This document shows positions 49,119 through 62,034 of a stretch of DNA of 64,000 bases, one piece after another; position 1 is the first letter of the stretch; the number at the start of each line of letters is the position of its first letter. The notes below the pieces were generated by a model. That model was not told the DNA's origin. It saw nothing but the letters and a program-made list of their open reading frames with translations, and made no database searches. Location of the stretch: positions 1 to 64,000 of the forward strand of contig KE561167.1 of NCBI GenBank assembly GCA_000442015.1, written 5' to 3'. This DNA is from Rozella allomycis CSF55 (Eukaryota). The translations under genes and the position numbers were made by a program.

Positions 49119-52100
49119 ATGACTATAGAAAAAATCAAATTCAATTTAGCATATGCATTTAAAGAGGCATCTCGACAAAAGTCTAACTATGCCGTGGGTT
49201 GTCTATCAATATACATTGTAGTTTTGTTGGTCACTGTATTAATCACCTGTTTGCAATACAGTCCATTAGTATTTTTGACGCTTGCAGAAGTTCAAGGTGG
49301 ACAAATCGACATGACAATTAAGTCTGGGTTCTGGACTGGGAACAGCCGACTTAATTTCACTGAATTGACACGGATATTACCTAATCGATATATGTCTCCG
49401 AGGATAGTATTTGATCTTCATGTATATAATCCTTCATTATGCAGGGCGTATGGTAACGAAAGACGGTGGAACAATACAGTTTTTTACAAGGGAGATCAAC
49501 TAACAGCGTCAACTGGATGCGCTGACAATGAATATAATGAATATTGCGTTCCATTACTATGTCAGGCGTATTCGTGGGGCCATTTGGCTGTCATTGACAC
49601 TGAATTGGAAAGACAGATAGGCATCGGGAGAGGATATACACTCCCTCCGGTTCCTGAAAGAGGACATATATTTCTGGAAATTTGGCGCGTTCACTAAATG
49701 TCATGGAAGGGGATATGATAATGTTATCTATTGGTCGAGATTTTAGTTCAACTATAGCTTCAACACTGGAAGAGAGGGATAATATAGATATAGGGTTGGG
49801 CACTACATTTATTTTGTTGACTGTTTCATCAATACTAGACGAAAGCTATGGAAAGTTTCCCGAATATATTAAAAGCGAAGTCTTTGTGGAATATGATACA
49901 TTTCTTCAAGTGTTTGCTGAATCGATTCATCCGGATGTTGGTAATAATGTAAGAGGAAAGATATTGAATTACGCAAATGCAAATCTGTTACGGGAATTGG
50001 CGACTGAAGTTATTTTTTCATGTGATAAGCCGAGAACGAATTGCTACTTGGATTCTGGATACACTTCGATGGCGAAACGAGTAATAAAATGGGCGACGGA
50101 AGTTTTAACAAGCGCGGGCTTTAATCAAGTTTATTCCAGTACATTGCTGCTAGAAGAAATGTCATCTAATCAATATTTATCAGCTTTTTTAAATTTAATT
50201 CTTAGCACGGTGCTTGTTTTAATGACAAGTCTTTCTATTTTTCTGGTTTATAGTTTACTGATGGTGTCAGTTGAGACTAAAATTTTTGAAACAGGAATAT
50301 TGAGAATGATTGGTTCTACTAGAAAAGGTCTCACATTATTAATTCTAGTAAAGTGCTTTAATTCAATCCATGTAGTCTCAAGCACTTATATATGCCATAC
50401 CAGCTTGGTTCTTTGGAATTTTAAGCGCACAAATCGTAATTTTGATTTTAAGGCCCATTTTCTATCATTATTCACTTTTACAAATAGATTATTTTATTTC
50501 AATTCCTAGCATTATAGCTGGTACAGGGATAGGATTGATTGTTCCTATTTTATCTTCTATTCTTCCCATTAGAAGGGCGCTAAATCATAATATTCATGAC
50601 GCATTAGATAAGAGGCACTCAAGAGCAAAAGCAGTTAAGATAACAATTGAAAGATCCAAAGGGGATTCAATTTCTTCAACAATGTTCTTATTTGGTCTCT
50701 TGATTGCAACATTCGGATTCATGATTTATTACTTGTTACCTTTGGCCTTGATATCAGTTGACATTGCCCTTTTATTTAATATTTTTCTTGTCATTATCAT
50801 TGGTTTGCTGGTTGGTTTAGTATTATTAGCTTTGAACTTACAGCCCCTGGTTGAAAAGATTGCCTTGTTTGTCATTTTTAAGATTCTATTTTTTGAAAAT
50901 AAATCCCTTCAAGATCTTATAACTACAAATTTGTTGACACACAGGGATCGCAACAAGAAGACTTCCATAATGTACGCACTATCCTTGGGATTTATCTTGT
51001 TTTTAGCGGTTTCTATAAATATAGAATTAGAATCTGTTAATTATCAGTAATTTGTATATTAAATCTTTAGAAAAGAAATTTAAGAGATCAGGCAGCCCAG
51101 TTTAAAGTTTATGGCTGGGATTATTCAAAATACAATCAAATGAAGGATTTCGAAAGCTTTGTTCATAGAAGCCCTTTAGTGTCACAAATTGCGTGGGCCA
51201 GTCAGCCCATAAGGGCAACAAAGAATGCTTACATTGGCGAGAGTTTAATGAACGTAGGAAGAACTTTCAATGTTCCTTGCTCAATATCTGCCGTATCACC
51301 TAATTTTTATCAAGCAACAGACGTTAAATACCTCAAAGTCGCCGAAAGTATTTTTGACATTGAGAAAGAAAGGATTGCTGAATCTCTATATGCCATTGAA
51401 GGAATCAACACTATGATAGTTAACGATGACCTCCACAACTCCCTGGCCCTAGATTTAATAGACAATAATGAATTTTTCACAAGCATAACTTGGTCAAACA
51501 CAACTGGTTCATTTAGAAATATTACACGACGCAAAGCAAGTACCTTTTTATCAGAATCCCCCGAGTTTCGCTACTTTTCTTCTTATCCAACTAGCAGATC
51601 TGATAACCTAATTTCTTTCCCTCAATTCGTTGCGATTTCAAAGGGTGCCATTCAAACAGTCGAACAAATCCCACTGAAGGCAATGTATATTAAATTACAT
51701 GAAAATTGCACCAAACAGCAATTTAGATCTTTTAAACAAAGCTTGATGCAAAGGGCATCTGATGGATTGGTTGTCAGAGCTGTGGATGAAGTTGGAAACA
51801 GTCTCAAGACAACAAGCAGCATGATTCAAATGATTTTCCAATTAATCATAGCGTTTGCAATGACTATAGCTTTCTTCAGTCTTAACATGTCTATGTATAC
51901 CAATATCATCGAGCAGTCTAAAGAAATTGGAATATTACGCGCATTGGGTTTCAGCAAAGCTAAGATATTCAGATTATATATTTATGAAGCATTTGTTCTC
52001 GTAGTCGCTTCAGCGATTCTAGGGGTAATTAATTCTTTTTATTTAGATTAGATCGCAATTGGAACAATTATTGGATCAACAATTTCAGCTCAAAGATCAC

Positions 52101-52249
52101 TACTCACTAGGCTGCCAATCCTATTCACATTTCCCTATGAGCTCATTCTAGAAATATTATTGATTTCAGTGGTTTGTGCGATTTTGGCAACATTCGGTCC
52201 TATTCTTAATTTAAATTCCAAATCCCTGGTTCGTTTATTGGTTTCATAA
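49119..52249 (+). CDS. Large FtsX/MacB-like permease with two FtsX domains
   Basis: ETGILRMIG and EIGILRALGFSKAKIFRLYIYEA motifs; TM bundles separated by long loops. Confidence 0.8.
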
Positions 52250-52305
52250 TAAACTATTTTTAGATTTTTAATGTATATATAGGTAAAACAATGCCCCCTT
52301 TTTAA

Positions 52306-53103
52306 ATGTTACACAGTTTTATCTTCTTGTCACTTTTCGCGCTTGCCTTTTGTACAATAGACTTGGAGAAGGCTTTGGTGGAGGCATTTTTTAACGAAAC
52401 CTACCCTGAAACAGCAGAGAGCTTTCTTCCTGAAGGAGTGAGTATCAGAAAGTGTACAAAACCAGACGTTGTTGCTTTGACAGTAGACGACGGGCCTTAC
52501 GTTAGCATGGCAGAATTACTAAAAACCCTGGACCTTTTTCCCGACCAAAAGTTGACATTTTTCGTCACTGGCGTTCGGTACAAAAATACAACGCATAATC
52601 CTAATAATCCTAAGCTCATCGAACAAGCCATCTCAAAAGGACACGATATAGCTCATCATTCGTATGGACATCAGAATTACGTCACAATGCCAGAAGAGAT
52701 GATGAAGCAAGACTTTCAGAAAATGGATAAAATATTAAGTGGCATTAATGGTTCGTCAAAAGTATTCAGACCGCCATTTGGAAATATCAACGCAGCTGTC
52801 AAGCAGTATGTCGAATCCTTTGGGTACCAAATTGTTTCATGGTCGGCGGATTCATTTGATTGGAAAATATATTCTGGCTCCCAACCGTTGGAATCTTTAG
52901 CTCACGTCACCCAGGGAATGTGTAATCAAGACATAATCCTTATGCATGACACCCACAAACGTTCTCCAGATGTTTTAAAATCTCTCTTGACTCAATTCGC
53001 TGCCAGGAAATTAAGATCTGTTAGTATTTCAGAGTGTCTTGGTGATAACGTGGTACATAAGTATAAAACAAATGGTCAACAAACATATGTCAGAAGACCT
53101 TAA
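52306..53103 (+). CDS. Secreted CE4 polysaccharide (chitin) deacetylase
   Basis: LTVDDGP, HSYGH, RPPFG, DSFDW, ILMHD NodB motifs; signal peptide. Confidence 0.9.
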   Translation: MLHSFIFLSLFALAFCTIDLEKALVEAFFNETYPETAESFLPEGVSIRKCTKPDVVALTVDDGPYVSMAELLKTLDLFPDQKLTFFVTGVRYKNTTHNPNNPKLIEQAISKGHDIAHHSYGHQNYVTMPEEMMKQDFQKMDKILSGINGSSKVFRPPFGNINAAVKQYVESFGYQIVSWSADSFDWKIYSGSQPLESLAHVTQGMCNQDIILMHDTHKRSPDVLKSLLTQFAARKLRSVSISECLGDNVVHKYKTNGQQTYVRRP

Positions 53104-53183
53104 ACAACGATAAATAAATTTGTAAATTCTACTAGTATTTTTAATTTTGAAATTGCTAGAGTGTGAGAATCTTTTAAAGGGGT

Positions 53184-53199
53184 GGCTTCTAAAGAAGCC
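53184..53199 (-). promoter_or_regulatory. Histone-type 3' stem-loop of H4 mRNA
   Basis: Sense strand CCAATC-GGCTTC-TTTA-GAAGCC-ACCCC, 14 nt after the stop codon. Confidence 0.85.
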
Positions 53200-53213
53200 G
53201 ATTGGATAATCAA

Positions 53214-54110
<897 letters not shown>

Positions 54111-54128
54111 ATAATCAAATTATTAAAA

Positions 54129-54144
54129 GGCTTTTCTAAAAGCC
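54129..54144 (+). promoter_or_regulatory. Histone-type 3' stem-loop of H3 mRNA
   Basis: AAAA-GGCTTT-TCTA-AAAGCC-GCC, 18 nt after the stop codon. Confidence 0.8.
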
Positions 54145-54267
54145 GCCTGATTTTGTTGGATAACAAGTATTCTTGTATTCCAACTGATTTGGTGGTAAAA
54201 TAAAATCGGCTTATAAATCAACTTGTAAAACTAACTCATCTTGTTTTTTACATTTAAAATTTATTAA

Positions 54268-56750
54268 CTAAATTAAACCGAATCCTTCAGCGTTTTGAAT
54301 GGCTGTTAAGAGTCTTTCTCTCAATTTTTCTTTGGAGCTATATTCATTTAGTAGCAATACATTGAAGCAAGTATGCGATGTAGGAAGCCTATCGCAGTCA
54401 GGACCGTTTCTAGCGATAACAAAGTTCAATTTTGAAAGACCACCGATAGGAACTCTATCAGTTCCAGTTGTAAAAAAGAGTAACAATTTCTTTTCCTTTT
54501 CAGAAAAGGCGTGTACAACTTCCCAGAACCATCTGCATTATTAATGAGTATTTTAATTACTGAATGACTGTGGTGTCTGGAGAGTAACCGCCATCGTAAG
54601 CTGTGTTGGCTTCCAACGCTTCAAAGTCCAAGTCGCTTGATCCACAAACTAATTGTTCCAATTCTTCAGGTCTGAATATCTTTTATCATTAAACTTTAAA
54701 GATTTTACTGTTATAGCTGTGCCTTTACAAACAGATTCAAAACCACCTCTAAAAGCTTCGAATTGTTTAAAGACGGATTTATTGAATACAAAATCAATGT
54801 AAAGATCAACAAATTCTTTTCTATTTTCGTTGGTGAGAGAAATTTTTGAGCCGCCTGGTTTTAATTCGACGCATTTTCTATTTCCGAATATTTCATATTC
54901 GATTTCAAAAGTTCGATCATAAAATTCTTGTACGGATTCTTTAAAGTTTAAAAGTTGGTTGAATCCTTGGGCCATCGATGGATCCAACTGCAATAAATCT
55001 TGAAATGAGATTGGCCTATTTAAGAGTTTCTTGTACAAGGCTAGAGGGAAATGAACATCCAAAATGACATTGTTGTAGATCGCTAATCCAATCAATCTTC
55101 CCACAAGACGATATTCATCTAGAGCGACTTCATCATCTTCTGGATTATTCATAAACCAACAAAGATTAGAATCTTCATAAAGACGAAACATTCCATATTT
55201 CTGATCAAACATTTCTCTGAAAACTAATTGAAAAAATTCCTTTTGTACTCCTCCTTCATCAACGCCTTCTTCACCAACAAATTGAACCCTCAATTGCTTC
55301 TTTAAATCTTGGGGACTTTTTAAATCTAATTGAAACAATGCGTCTCTTATAATGTGATCTCTTCTAATCTCTAATATAAGATATGGACTTTGAATCCCTG
55401 CAAACATTGCCCTAAAAAATGCATCTTGAAGCTCATGGCGCATTTGAACCATGCTCTCCACTTTCAAAATATCAGTCTTCACAGCAGCATTCAAGATATA
55501 CGAAAAATAACAAAATGAAAATCTACATCAAAACAGCAAATAATCCTTACCCATCTTTGGCTTTCCAATGAGGGAAATCCTCCTTGATGTCCAACTGTTC
55601 GTTAATCGCATCATTATAAAATTCAGCGTAATTTATAAATTCAGATTGCTCATTTGCATCATAAAGCAACTTCAATGCTTTAGTAGCTTTAACTACCAAA
55701 GTGTCCTTGTTGGGAGAATTAAGCCCAGTCAACAGTCTAATAGTTATAAACTGTTGAAATACAGCAACCAATCTCGAAAAGGTTTCTGCATCGTAACCAG
55801 AACTAATCCAATGAGACATCAAATGTGTTGTTTTATCCCTTAAAGAATCAATAGACCCCGACTCGCGCGACATTCTATTTTCTGTAGTTTCTTGTAATGC
55901 GCAAAGACATTCAACCAACTTTGGTAGTATTCCAGTATAAGCATCAGTCTCCATTAAAAGTGGGTTCTATCGTGAAATAGAAACATGAATTACCTCCAGG
56001 GAAATAATATAACATGCAATGTATTTGTCACTTTGCTGGCTTGCTTGGGCATATGGGTGAATAGAACTCAACATCGTTTCGATTCCGGTACTCATGGCGC
56101 TAACAACAACTTCTGGGCACTATATCAATATTTTTATGCGCGATTACTTGCAAAATTAATTTGTAAACTTTCCTTACAGTCTCCAAATCAACAGGACACA
56201 ATCTTTCATCTATTTGCTTTTTGGTAAAGCTAGTAATCAAATTCTCAGGCCTTGAAAATACAGCATATATATGCGACGCTAATTTCTGATAATTGCTTTC
56301 TGCCCTAGATTCATCTATCCTTCTCTCTAAATCCTCCAATTTCAATACAAGAAAGTCTATCCCTAAACCATTTTAATACTACCTTCTGTTAAAATGGACC
56401 CATTATCCAAACTTATTCCCCCAATCTCTGAATCTTCCAAGCATAAATGCTCCGTTCCTGTCTTTGCCAATGTGAGGCTTAGCGAAGTTGCCTCGGCTGC
56501 GTCCATCTTTTCCATTCCTTTTATTTCATTTATAACAACTTACGCTTACTTCCAGTAGCACAGTATATATTTTCACAATTGGCGTTAGAACAGCCAAACG
56601 TTAATTGATAATAGTAACTTGAATTATGGATGGTGTAATTAATTACCGCTTCACCAGCTGGCTAAATAGTCTCTGTTTCTCACTATAATTCAGTGATGCA
56701 TTTTGCTTGGACCCTGATGGAGTCGTAAATATGTGCTCCTGGTTATTCAT
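54268..56750 (-). CDS. HECT E3 ligase with N-terminal AZUL-like zinc finger (E6AP/UBE3A-like)
   Basis: [56 protein letters not shown]. Confidence 0.9.
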
Positions 56751-56909
56751 ATCGGGAATTTAAGTTGGGGATTTTTCTTGGTTGCAAATTGTAAGGCGGA
56801 GTAAATTAATTAACGCTAATAAGACATTGTCAAGACCATAAATTACAATTATTCTCTCAATGCTTTATAAATTATGTGAAGATTAATTATTTATTATCCT
56901 TCCACACAT

Positions 56910-57691
56910 TCATTTTGGATAATTTTCTTCAAAATACTCCTTGGATTTCTTGGGATCTGGTTTCATGGCATTGTCGCCTTTTTTCCAGTTTACTGGACAT
57001 ACTAATTCTCATTTGAAGTTATTCAATTACCTTCTCCGTGCTCATCTGTATATTGCAAAGCTTGTACTACTCTTAACGCCTCATCAACATTTCTCCCAAT
57101 CGGCAAATCATTCATGGTTATATGACGAATAGTTCCCTTTCCATCAATTACAAACAGAGCTCTTCATTCCAGAGTAAAAACTGGATTACCTGACTGCGAC
57201 AGCATCATTAATCAAAACTCCGTAAGACTTTGAAATAGATTTGTTCAAATCTGACAAAATTGGAATCTTCATCTCTCCTAAACCTCCTTGGTTTCTTGGC
57301 ATATTAGTCCAGGCCAAATGTGAGTAAACACTGTCCACTGATGCTGCAATCAAATTACAATCGAGTTTTTTGAATTCTTCAAATCGATCATTAAACGCTA
57401 TAATTTCAGTTGGGCATACAAATGTGCTAATTTATGTAACCATATTATTGTTACAAGTCCAAAGGATAAAAGAACAAGACATGATATTTACCATGTAACT
57501 TTTCACTACTTAGCTCTTTAATTTCGCCATTAACTAATGCATTGGTCTTCCATTGTGGAGCTTTTTGTTGAACTAATAAAGCCAATGAAACAAAATTTAC
57601 TCATGCACATATTATGATAGAAAAGGGCATTTAGAGGTTTGAATGCCTTGGTTCGAAAAACTCTTGAAGCGGAATTAATTGCAAAAATCAT
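56910..57691 (-). CDS. Typical 2-Cys peroxiredoxin, probable mitochondrial presequence
   Basis: [18 protein letters not shown] and HGEVCPVNW after manual splicing; basic N-terminal extension. Confidence 0.9.
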
Positions 57692-57766
57692 TGATTTCGA
57701 CAAGGGTAAAAAGAAAGCAAAGGGATCAATTGATGACGAATTTAAAAAATTACAACTAAATAAATT

Positions 57767-58895
57767 CAAATGCCAAATTTATTAATTAATTTAACCGAAA
57801 ACTTGCTTCCAAAAAGAAGCACCAGCGGGAGCCTGAATAGGTGGAAGAGCAGTAGAATTCATGTTATTGTTGAAGAACTTGTCTATCATTTGCACAACTC
57901 CATTCATGGTAAGTATATCAGAGTTAACTATTTGAGATCCATTGACAGTAATGTTGGACCAGTTTTGAGAAGTGTAGGAAAGGTTTTGACCGGCCATGGT
58001 TGCTTCATTTTGAGGAATTGAATTGTTCAAAAACAATGGAGAGTAATAAGCAGTCTTGTTGGAAATTACAGTATAATTTTGAATAAAAGAATTTGCCATG
58101 GTCATGTTGGATGCGTTAAAATTGCTGGGAAATGCGCTGTCAATCGGGGCAAATAGTGTTACTCCTGGCGTATTTTCTAGTTGATTTGACATGTTGGATG
58201 CCTTTAGAATTGAATACATCATGGTTAAATTCGCTTGCAATAACGTAAAACTGAGATTTCTTGGTGGAACCAAAACTGAATCTAGACTGTACCAAACACC
58301 GTTAGTTGCGTTTCCTCCTTGCAATACATTAGCCTCTTTGTATGGACCAAACTTTATGTATGGGTTTGTATCATTATGATTGTGGACTATGAGCACTTGA
58401 GAATTGTTTCCTGGGAGCATTACGGCTTGAGTGTCATTCAAAGCAGTGTAAAAAATTTCAACAGACTGATTTCGACTTTCTGGCGTATGGAAAAGCATTT
58501 GTGAGGAACTGTTTGACACGTTTAGTTGAAGAGACTGTCCTGGAATCAAATGATACGACAATAAATTGGTCAAATTTAGAGCATTAGAAATGGATTGATT
58601 CAAAAATGGACTTGTTACGTTGACTGATACCATCCCTGAATTATTTTGATACGTATAAGCTGAATTGATTGGCACGAATAAAGTTGCGTTTTGCCCTTGA
58701 TTATTTAAAATTGTCGTAAAGTTGGCTGCAGAAGACGTTAGATTTGAGAATTGAGTAAGGTTTTGTTGATTAGATATAGCCGCCGTTAAATTTTGACTTA
58801 GAACTGGAAATGCCAAAGTAGCAAACAAAGCCAATTGTATCATTATTTGTGTAGGTCGTCGCTTCGGCTAGAATATTTATACCCCAATTTCATCA
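57767..58895 (-). repeat. Right arm of ~1.1 kb inverted duplication (partner 45635-46764)
   Basis: Reverse complement nearly identical to the left arm. Confidence 0.92.
57791..58843 (-). CDS. Secreted fasciclin glycoprotein, copy 2
   Basis: 350 aa, about 10 substitutions relative to copy 1. Confidence 0.88.
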   Translation of the reverse strand: MIQLALFATLAFPVLSQNLTAAISNQQNLTQFSNLTSSAANFTTILNNQGQNATLFVPINSAYTYQNNSGMVSVNVTSPFLNQSISNALNLTNLLSYHLIPGQSLQLNVSNSSSQMLFHTPESRNQSVEIFYTALNDTQAVMLPGNNSQVLIVHNHNDTNPYIKFGPYKEANVLQGGNATNGVWYSLDSVLVPPRNLSFTLLQANLTMMYSILKASNMSNQLENTPGVTLFAPIDSAFPSNFNASNMTMANSFIQNYTVISNKTAYYSPLFLNNSIPQNEATMAGQNLSYTSQNWSNITVNGSQIVNSDILTMNGVVQMIDKFFNNNMNSTALPPIQAPAGASFWKQVFG

Positions 58896-59046
58896 TAAGA
58901 TCTATCAAATCAAACGATATAATCTAATCAATGATGCTTGATTTTATCATAACTTCAATTATGTAATAAACAACATAAAATTCGTTCAAATATTAAACAA
59001 GTGCATAGTCTCTTTGCATTACTTTCGCTTAGCCACAAAGGTGTTA

Positions 59047-60022
59047 ATGACACAAACATCGATAACAATTGGAACCCGGAAGAGTCAGTTAGCCCTGGCA
59101 CAAACAAATTTTGTAATAGAAAAACTAAAAATAGAATTCCCTGATTTAGAGATTAATGTGATTCCAATGTCAACGACTGGTGACTTGAATTTGACACAAG
59201 CGTTACCAAAGATGAATGATAAAGCATTATTTACCAAGGAATTAGATATAGCTCTTTTAGATCGCCGTGTTGACATGGTGGTGCATTCTTTGAAAGATGT
59301 TCCGACCACGCTGCCGCCGGGTCTTTTACTGGGTGCGATTATGGAACGAGAAGATCCTAGAGATGTTCTTGTATGTAAAAGTAAATATGAGAAGGGCACA
59401 AAATTAATTGATCTGCCTGACGGAGCAGTCATCGGAACTAGTTCATGGAGGAGGACTGCGCAAATTAAGAGAAACTATCCAAAATTAATTGTAGAAAACA
59501 TCGTAAATTTAAAAGAATTTAATCAATTAGAGAGGGAATTTGAATACACGGATGCGAAAATTAGAAGAAGAGAATTACGATGCGATTATTGTAGCTTATG
59601 CAGGAATGAAAAGGCTTAATTGGACAGAAAGAATAAGTAGCGTGATAGATTATGAAGAAATTTATTATGCGGTTGGGCAAGCAGCACTGGCAATTCAATG
59701 TAGAGAAAGCGACGCCTTTTGTTTGTCATTGTTGAATCCTTTGAATCATCAGGAAAGCTTTATTAGATGTTCAGTAGAAAGAGAATTCTTAAGGACTTTA
59801 GAAGGCGGATGCAGCGTTCCCATCGGAGTGAATTGCTTTATTTTAGATAATGAAATTCTTTTAAAAGGGGTTTTGATTTCATTGGATGGATCGAAGCAAA
59901 TTGAATCTGAAAAGAAGATCTCTTTAGAAAAATGGCCTTCCCTCGGGACTTTGGTGGCAACTGAAATCATCAAGGAAGGAAGTGACATTCTGAATGAAAT
60001 AAGGCGATTAAAGAACTCATAA
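59047..60022 (+). CDS. HEM3: Porphobilinogen deaminase (hydroxymethylbilane synthase)
   Basis: IGTRKSQLA, LFTKELD, VHSLKDVPT, GTSSWRR, LEGGCSVPIG. Confidence 0.96.
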
Positions 60023-60042
60023 AATACAAATAATTCTCTAAT

Positions 60043-61377
60043 TTATTCCATATATTCTTTGCAAATATCTTCTAAACTTGCATTTTGATTCATCAATTTG
60101 CAAGCTCGCATAAATTCTCCTCGTATATCGTAAAGGGTATCTCTGTCTACTAAACGGCCTAAATTATGTGTGATTTCAAAGGGATCTTCAACACAAAACC
60201 AATATTTGTCCGTCTTTGTGTTATTCTGTTATTTTTTATGTCAATATATTACTGTAACTGTCCAATTTTTATCCTCCTTGGATAAAACAGATCCCTCTCG
60301 AATGCTAACCACTCCCTCCTTTACAGGGAAATCGTAAGCAAAATAATGAAAGATTTCAAATAGCAATTCTCCGGTTGATTGTTTATTTCTTCCGACTCCT
60401 TTCCAAACAGACTTCAACTTGGAAATATCTTTGAAGAAATAGGCGTTATACCCTTGCACATTATTTTCTCCATTAAAATCGTGCGGTAATCGTTGAAGAA
60501 CAGGTAAAATCGGAACCTTTCTAGTCTGAAATATAAATATTATCATTATAATGTAGCAATAACTATCAATGCCATTCGAATCGATTACCTGCTTAGGCTA
60601 CCAAAATAAGGCTCGTTAATCTTCCGCCTTTTAGCCCAATATTTTATTAAGAATGCGACTTTTTTTAATCTTTCATCGATATCAGAGTAAGCTCTTAGCA
60701 TTAAAGTATTATGTACAGCTAGAACATTATTGTACCCAATATCACAAGATATATTAGATCTCGCAGATTTTAACTTTACAATTGGTATTCTTGCTCTAGG
60801 CAGCATTAAAATATCCTTAAAGTCGTTTTCTTATTAACTATCACTGTACATCTTACCCATTCTAAGTTTTTCGCCCAGAGTCTCAACTATTTGAACAGCT
60901 GTCAACACGGAAGCATCATCCATTACAAGGCAAAGATCCATATCGGCATTCTTTAAGCTAAATCCATTTGACATTGATCCAAATTTGTACAACGTAGATC
61001 CTACTACAGAAAAGCAAAGATCTCATACCCGGAAACAGTTCATGGCATATTTTTTCCAATTTTTTAAACAAGTCCTCCTTTTCCTGAATTTCATTTTCGG
61101 TCGGCGACAACTCCATCACCAGTTCGTCTATCTTGGCGGAAATCGTCTTTAAATAGCCATCATCGGGTTTTTTAATTGTTTTTGAATCAGCAGTCAATGG
61201 AAGCTTACGTATATGCTTTTCTATTCCATTTTTTACGCACGTTTCGTTTTGTTTTTTTAATGCCATGTTCTGTAGATCCCTCTCAACATCTTCAAGTGTA
61301 TGTACAATCTTCTTTGCCGTATTGCTGCTAATGGATGTCTTTTGTTCTGTGGTTCTGCTGGTGGTCATCCTATTCAT
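60043..61377 (-). CDS. Cid1/TUT-family terminal uridylyltransferase
   Basis: FGSNVNG...ADMDL catalytic motif, ARIPIVK, KYWAKRR, CVEDPFEITHNLG. Confidence 0.85.
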
Positions 61378-61420
61378 TCACTTGGACCCTGGTCACTTTT
61401 CACATTCTCTTCACCGCTAA

Positions 61421-62002
61421 ATGTTCACGACTGCTTTCAAATTTTCTCCCTCTTTATTAATTAAAGGACGATGGCTACCCGATGAAAAAGAAAAACTGCT
61501 CTCTATTTATGAAAAGTATGGTCCTGCATGGCCAATCTTTGAGAGGTTTCTTAAAGGAAGAAGAGCAAAGCATTGCAGATATTTTATAAGATTTAGACAC
61601 ATGAAGCCTCCAACAAATAATAAACGTGAATTGGGACTTTACCAAATGGGGTGCGAGCTGATTAACAATAAATGGTATTATGTTCCTGAAGTACCAATTC
61701 CGAAAAGATATGTTGATATTCTATACTTGAAAACTAGGCCGAATTATCTGACTGGCGTTAAAATAAGAAGATTAGGATTTGAGGATACGGAATTGCGATT
61801 ATTAATTGAGGCTTACGAAGAATTCGGTTCGAATTGGAGGAGAATAAAATATTTGCTAAAAGGAAGAGATGAAGAATTTTGCTATGAAATGCTAAGACAG
61901 AGGTCAATGGACTTTTATTCGATCAATTACTACGAAGACAATAAGGAAAGGCTAGTCTCAGAAATGAATGAACATCAGGCAAAGTACAAAGATGTTATGT
62001 AA
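61421..62002 (+). CDS. Myb/SANT-like repeat protein
   Basis: GRWLPDEKEKLLSIYEKYGPAW and ELRLLIEAYEEFGSNWRRI. Confidence 0.6.
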   Translation: MFTTAFKFSPSLLIKGRWLPDEKEKLLSIYEKYGPAWPIFERFLKGRRAKHCRYFIRFRHMKPPTNNKRELGLYQMGCELINNKWYYVPEVPIPKRYVDILYLKTRPNYLTGVKIRRLGFEDTELRLLIEAYEEFGSNWRRIKYLLKGRDEEFCYEMLRQRSMDFYSINYYEDNKERLVSEMNEHQAKYKDVM

Positions 62003-62034
62003 GATGAAAAATAAAGAATTAGTTCTAATTTTTT

